Shown here: positions 36,267 through 40,124 of the stretch, in pieces
How the letters are laid out: every line of letters starts with the position of its first letter
Position numbering within the stretch: the first letter of the stretch is position 1
Assembly (NCBI GenBank): GCA_043381765.1
Contig: JBHJMP010000865.1
Coordinates: 1-40,124, forward strand
DNA from: Collodictyon triciliatum
Taxonomy: Eukaryota
Direction: 5' to 3'
Length of the DNA: 40,124 bases
Notes under the pieces: generated by a model
Told to the model about the DNA's origin: nothing
The model's database searches: none
The model's input: the letters and a program-made list of their open reading frames with translations, nothing else
Translations under genes and position numbers: made by a program

Positions 36267-37064
36267 ATGAAGATCAGGTATTTGTGCTAGAGAGCGATCG
36301 GGAAAGGCCTGATCGGCCAGCCTCTCCTAATTCCACCTCCTGCGTTGTCTCGTGGGCGTCTCTGATAAAGTGAGTATGACTTGCGATCGGCAGAGTTGCA
36401 GCAAGTGGCTCGCTGGTAAGAGCAGATCAGCCCTGCGGAACAGTTATTCTTCGCTCGAAGAGAAGGCGCTTTTGGAGCGGAAAAGTCAAAGAAAAGTATC
36501 GATCACGGCTTCGCTGCGATTCGGTGGGAAAAGACCAATAGGGAAGAATTCGATGGCAAAAAACACACGAACGCGCACCGCTTAAATTAGGAAAAGATCA
36601 TCTATATTATATTTTTGGAATATATACATTTTATTATTTTTTCAGTATATAATAGACATGATATAATTTATGTTGATATATTTTTTATATTTATTTATAA
36701 TTAAATGATATAAATATGTCAGTAATCACTTTGTTAATTAATCTGTACTCCCACCGCGCACTTGACACCTTCGTGCATCTCTCGGCCGCGATTGTCCAAC
36801 GCGTAACGATTCTCCACACAAAGCGAAAGATCGGCACGCACAGAGGGCAAAGAGAAGCGTAGGCCACGCCATACACACAAACACACTAGCTTCACGACGA
36901 GACAAAGACAAAAAGAAAAGTACAGAAAAGATACTTACCGTGGACCGCCTCTTTTCCTACTAACCTTCTTCTGGGTTACAGCGGCCTGGGAAACTCTACA
37001 GGCTTGCGAGGGTTCCTCTACCTTAGGACGCCAACAAAAGCAAACAGCCGAGAAAGGAGAGCAG

Positions 37065-39256
37065 ATGAGTTGGCTTCTTGCGTTTAAAAAAACAAGGGAC
37101 GAGCCTCTTGATTTCGAAGTCGACTCAGAACTAAAGAAGGAAAAGGATAAGTTTGAAAAAGAGCACAAACTACTGATACTAGGTTTCTGAATGCCATCCA
37201 CTCCCTTACACTGCCTGACAGTACTCTCTATTATTATACTTTAATTCCTTTAGATGTTTCAGAAAATTGTACGGCATGCCAAAAAACAAAAAACAAAAAA
37301 CAAAAAACAAAAAACAAAAAACAAAAAACAAAAAACAAAAAACAAAAAACAAAAAACAAAAAACAAAAAACAAAAAACAAAAAAGTCATCCTTTTTCATA
37401 TTTATGCATGACTATCAACTCTTGAACAAAATTCTCTCTTTATTTTTTTATTTATTTTGTTTATTCATTCTTTGTGTTCTCAAATATTTCTTTTCCTTTT
37501 TGTATTTGAAATAAAATCGAGGTAAAGTACCAATCAATTTATATCATTACTAGGGACGGAAGATTCCGGCAAAAGTGCAGTGATGAGACAAATCAAAAGC
37601 ATATACCAGGGTTTTAACGCGTCAGAAAGGGCTTCCTACAGGGACTTAATTCATCAAAAAATAATAGCATACATGAAAACACTGATTGCAAACTGTATTC
37701 AATTACAAATTACTATGGAGAATCCTGATAGCATGGTGAATTTGCGATTTATTTGAGCTCTATAAAACAAAAAGCTGTACTCTCAAACCTATGCATGATT
37801 TTTTAATATTAATTGGAACAATTATGCTATCACTCCACTCCGGATTCGAAATGACCCTTCTTTATGAACCTACACCCCTGTAATTGATTAGGACTTGATG
37901 AGTCAGATTCTATCACTTGAAGACAAAGAAAGATGGACGTATGATATTGGACAAAAAATCACGTGTCTTTGGAAGGATTCAGGCATAAAAGAAGCATTTT
38001 CTCGACGTTCAGAGTTCAAACTCAGAGAATCGGCTAAATGGTTTTGTTTCTCTATCTTGGAATACATATATATATATCTATTATTACCATCATGAACCAT
38101 ATCCTACACCAATATACCGCCTTATACGTACCATTTTAATGCTATTTAGTTTCTTCGATAGCATGGAGAGAATTAACTCTCCGACTTATGTTCCGGATGA
38201 TAATGACATTATTCTATGTGAAGGTCGATTACTTGGTATTGAGGAGACTCAATTTGAACTAGGAGACTTAAAAGTCCGGTATCGCTTATATTCTAAGGAT
38301 TTAAATAATATCTCCATTTTATAGATAGTTGCGATCTTTCAAACACAGTGCCTTTGGTCAATTTATTTATCATATTTTTATGGGCATTTGTGTCATTCAT
38401 ATTCTAGTACCTCGTTTGTAAAATGAAATTATATGCACTCATAGGATACTAGAGGTTGGGAATCAACACAAAGACTGCAAAAAATGGATTCATCTATTTA
38501 CCGACGTGGCGCCCATCCTATTCTGTGTGGACATAAGCAAATATCCTTAGTCGTAATTATTTACATGTGACTTAAATTGATCTCTAAGCGCTCTGAAAAG
38601 CTTGTATGCATGTGAGCGATTCCTTCAAAAATTAAATTGTCAATATTTTTTTTAACTCCCGATACGTATGACCAGAGAACTACGGGAAATGATTCCCAAA
38701 ATCATGTCATCGAATCAACTGTATTATTTGAAAAAGTCTGCAACAGCCCTTTACATATGAATACAGACTTTATTTTGATACTCAATAAGGCCGATGCATT
38801 TAGAGAAAAATTATACCACACAGACCTTAGTGTTTGCTTTCCATCTTATAGGGGTAAATAGCACAATTTTTTATTTTCTTTTAGTTTATCTGAATCAAAT
38901 AAAGGAAAACTATTCGTGTTGTTTATGCATTTGATTAACCACGAGAATAGTAAATTCAAGCGAATGAAAAATGGAAGCGATAATGAGAAATATAATTTTT
39001 TTTTATTGAGGCACTAACGTGACCAAGAATGTTTGCTCGCTGTATATACCTAATTGATATCAATTGCGTAGGCGGACGAGATTATGACAGAGCCATACTG
39101 TTCATACGTCATGCATTTGAAAGTCTAAACAAGAAGGGGACTAAGGGCATTCATACGCGCCTCGCATATACGACAGATACCATTTACATGAAGTTTGTCA
39201 TGAAAACTGTGCAGGATGTTATATTAAGCAAATACTCGCACACCGTCGGGCTGTAG
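37065..39256 (+). CDS. Divergent heterotrimeric G-protein alpha subunit, 7 exons
   Basis: Spliced translation: [150 protein letters not shown]. Colinear with the G-alpha Ras-like plus helical domains. Confidence 0.93.
37281..37384. repeat. (AAAAAAC)n heptamer repeat in G-alpha intron 1
   Basis: Directly visible. Confidence 0.96.
38541..38665 (+). other. U12-type (minor spliceosome) AT-AC intron in the G-alpha gene
   Basis: 5' end ATATCCTT; branch site TTTTTAAC about 10 nt from the 3' end; terminal AC. Removal joins agc aa|g tat gac cag to give the conserved ISKYDQ with no indel. Confidence 0.93.
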
Positions 39257-39869
39257 GATGCCAGGGATTCGTTACGAAAATCTTACGTTGAATTGTATGG
39301 TGCATGTATCTTTATGTGCTTTGAGTCCATTCAATTATTTTTAAAAAAAGGAGAGAAAAAATATGGACCATGTCATGTGCGCTTCGCTTTTCGTCACTTA
39401 TTGTTCTTTTTACTTCACTATAGCATCCCCCTTTTTTTTTCAATCGCTCCTAGGTCTTTTGTTTACACTTTCGATTAAATAAAAAAAACAAACTTATTGC
39501 AAGTATGCAGATTCCTAACATAAAGCGTATACAATTCTTATTGAACTTCATATCGAATGAAGGATAATTCTTTTTTGTCAAAACCAATTGTATTAGCTTT
39601 TGCTGATTGCCTTGGTCGTCTGTGAAGCTCTGTGGTGATTAAAAACAAACTCGGTTGCCAACAGAGCATTAACAAACTCCATCGATAATCTAAAAACTGT
39701 ATCGCATCTTCTAAATATGCTCATGAAAAGAATCGGATGCTGCTCTTTCTGCTCGTTTACACCACCCGTCTTTTGTCCGACTATGGCGACCACCAACGCA
39801 AACACACAAGCCACACCGACCTTCGTTGGAGTGCCCAATCCTGTTTCTAGGCTGTCCAAAGTAGGGCAA

Positions 39870-39939
39870 TCAAATAGACTCAGCAATAGCTCTCTTTAGA
39901 ATATCCGAATGTCCTTTATCCACACCGATTTTCCCTGCT
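39870..39939 (-). CDS. Possible terminal exon of a minus-strand gene entering from the right edge
   Basis: A long T tract on the minus strand, then gaag|, then AGKIGVDKGHSDILKRAIAESI*. It loosely resembles the last helix of a SAM domain but is too short to assign. Confidence 0.35.
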
Positions 39940-39944
39940 CTTCA

Positions 39945-39970
39945 CAAAAAAGCAAAAAAAACAAAAAAAA

Positions 39971-40058
<88 letters not shown>

Positions 40059-40124
40059 AAAAAAAACCAAAAAAACCAAAAAAACCAAAAAAAACCAAAA
40101 AAAACCAAAAAAACCAAAAAAACC
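39945..40124. repeat. Poly-A tract and (A7-8CC)n repeat
   Basis: Directly visible. Confidence 0.95.

Noticed and set aside
36288-36326. Hairpin GAGAG-CGATCGG..CTGATCG..CTCTC as an ncRNA
   Set aside because: Short stem with a G-U pair in GC-rich upstream DNA and no family features; expected by chance.
40057-40124. (A7-8CC)n at the window end as a telomere
   Set aside because: Units are irregular and the orientation is wrong for a right chromosome end (the C/A-rich strand runs toward the end). Similar A/C repeats occur internally at 32859 and 37281.

Overview
Eukaryotic genomic DNA, probably from a protist. It is AT-rich, very intron-dense (roughly 100+ short introns, mostly 55-350 nt), carries many microsatellites and has two N gaps. 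Genes reconstructed by manual splicing, in order: (+) 3' part of cytosolic phenylalanyl-tRNA synthetase beta; (+) NEK/NIMA-family kinase; (+) adenylyl cyclase with two transmembrane clusters and two class III catalytic domains; (-) YqaJ/lambda-exonuclease-like nuclease; (-) casein kinase I; (+) MSH6; (-) probable CCR4-NOT subunit NOT2, interrupted by a gap; (+) a highly divergent G-protein alpha subunit; and a possible last exon of a (-) gene at the right edge. Main points of interest: a clear U12-type AT-AC intron inside the G-alpha gene, which implies a minor spliceosome; degenerate GTPase motifs in that same G-alpha; at least three GC-AG introns; a cyclase catalytic Asp on a 14-nt microexon; and an in-frame TAG in the nuclease gene followed by 72 exon-like open codons. 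All gene models were spliced by eye without RNA data or database searches. The organism cannot be identified from this window.
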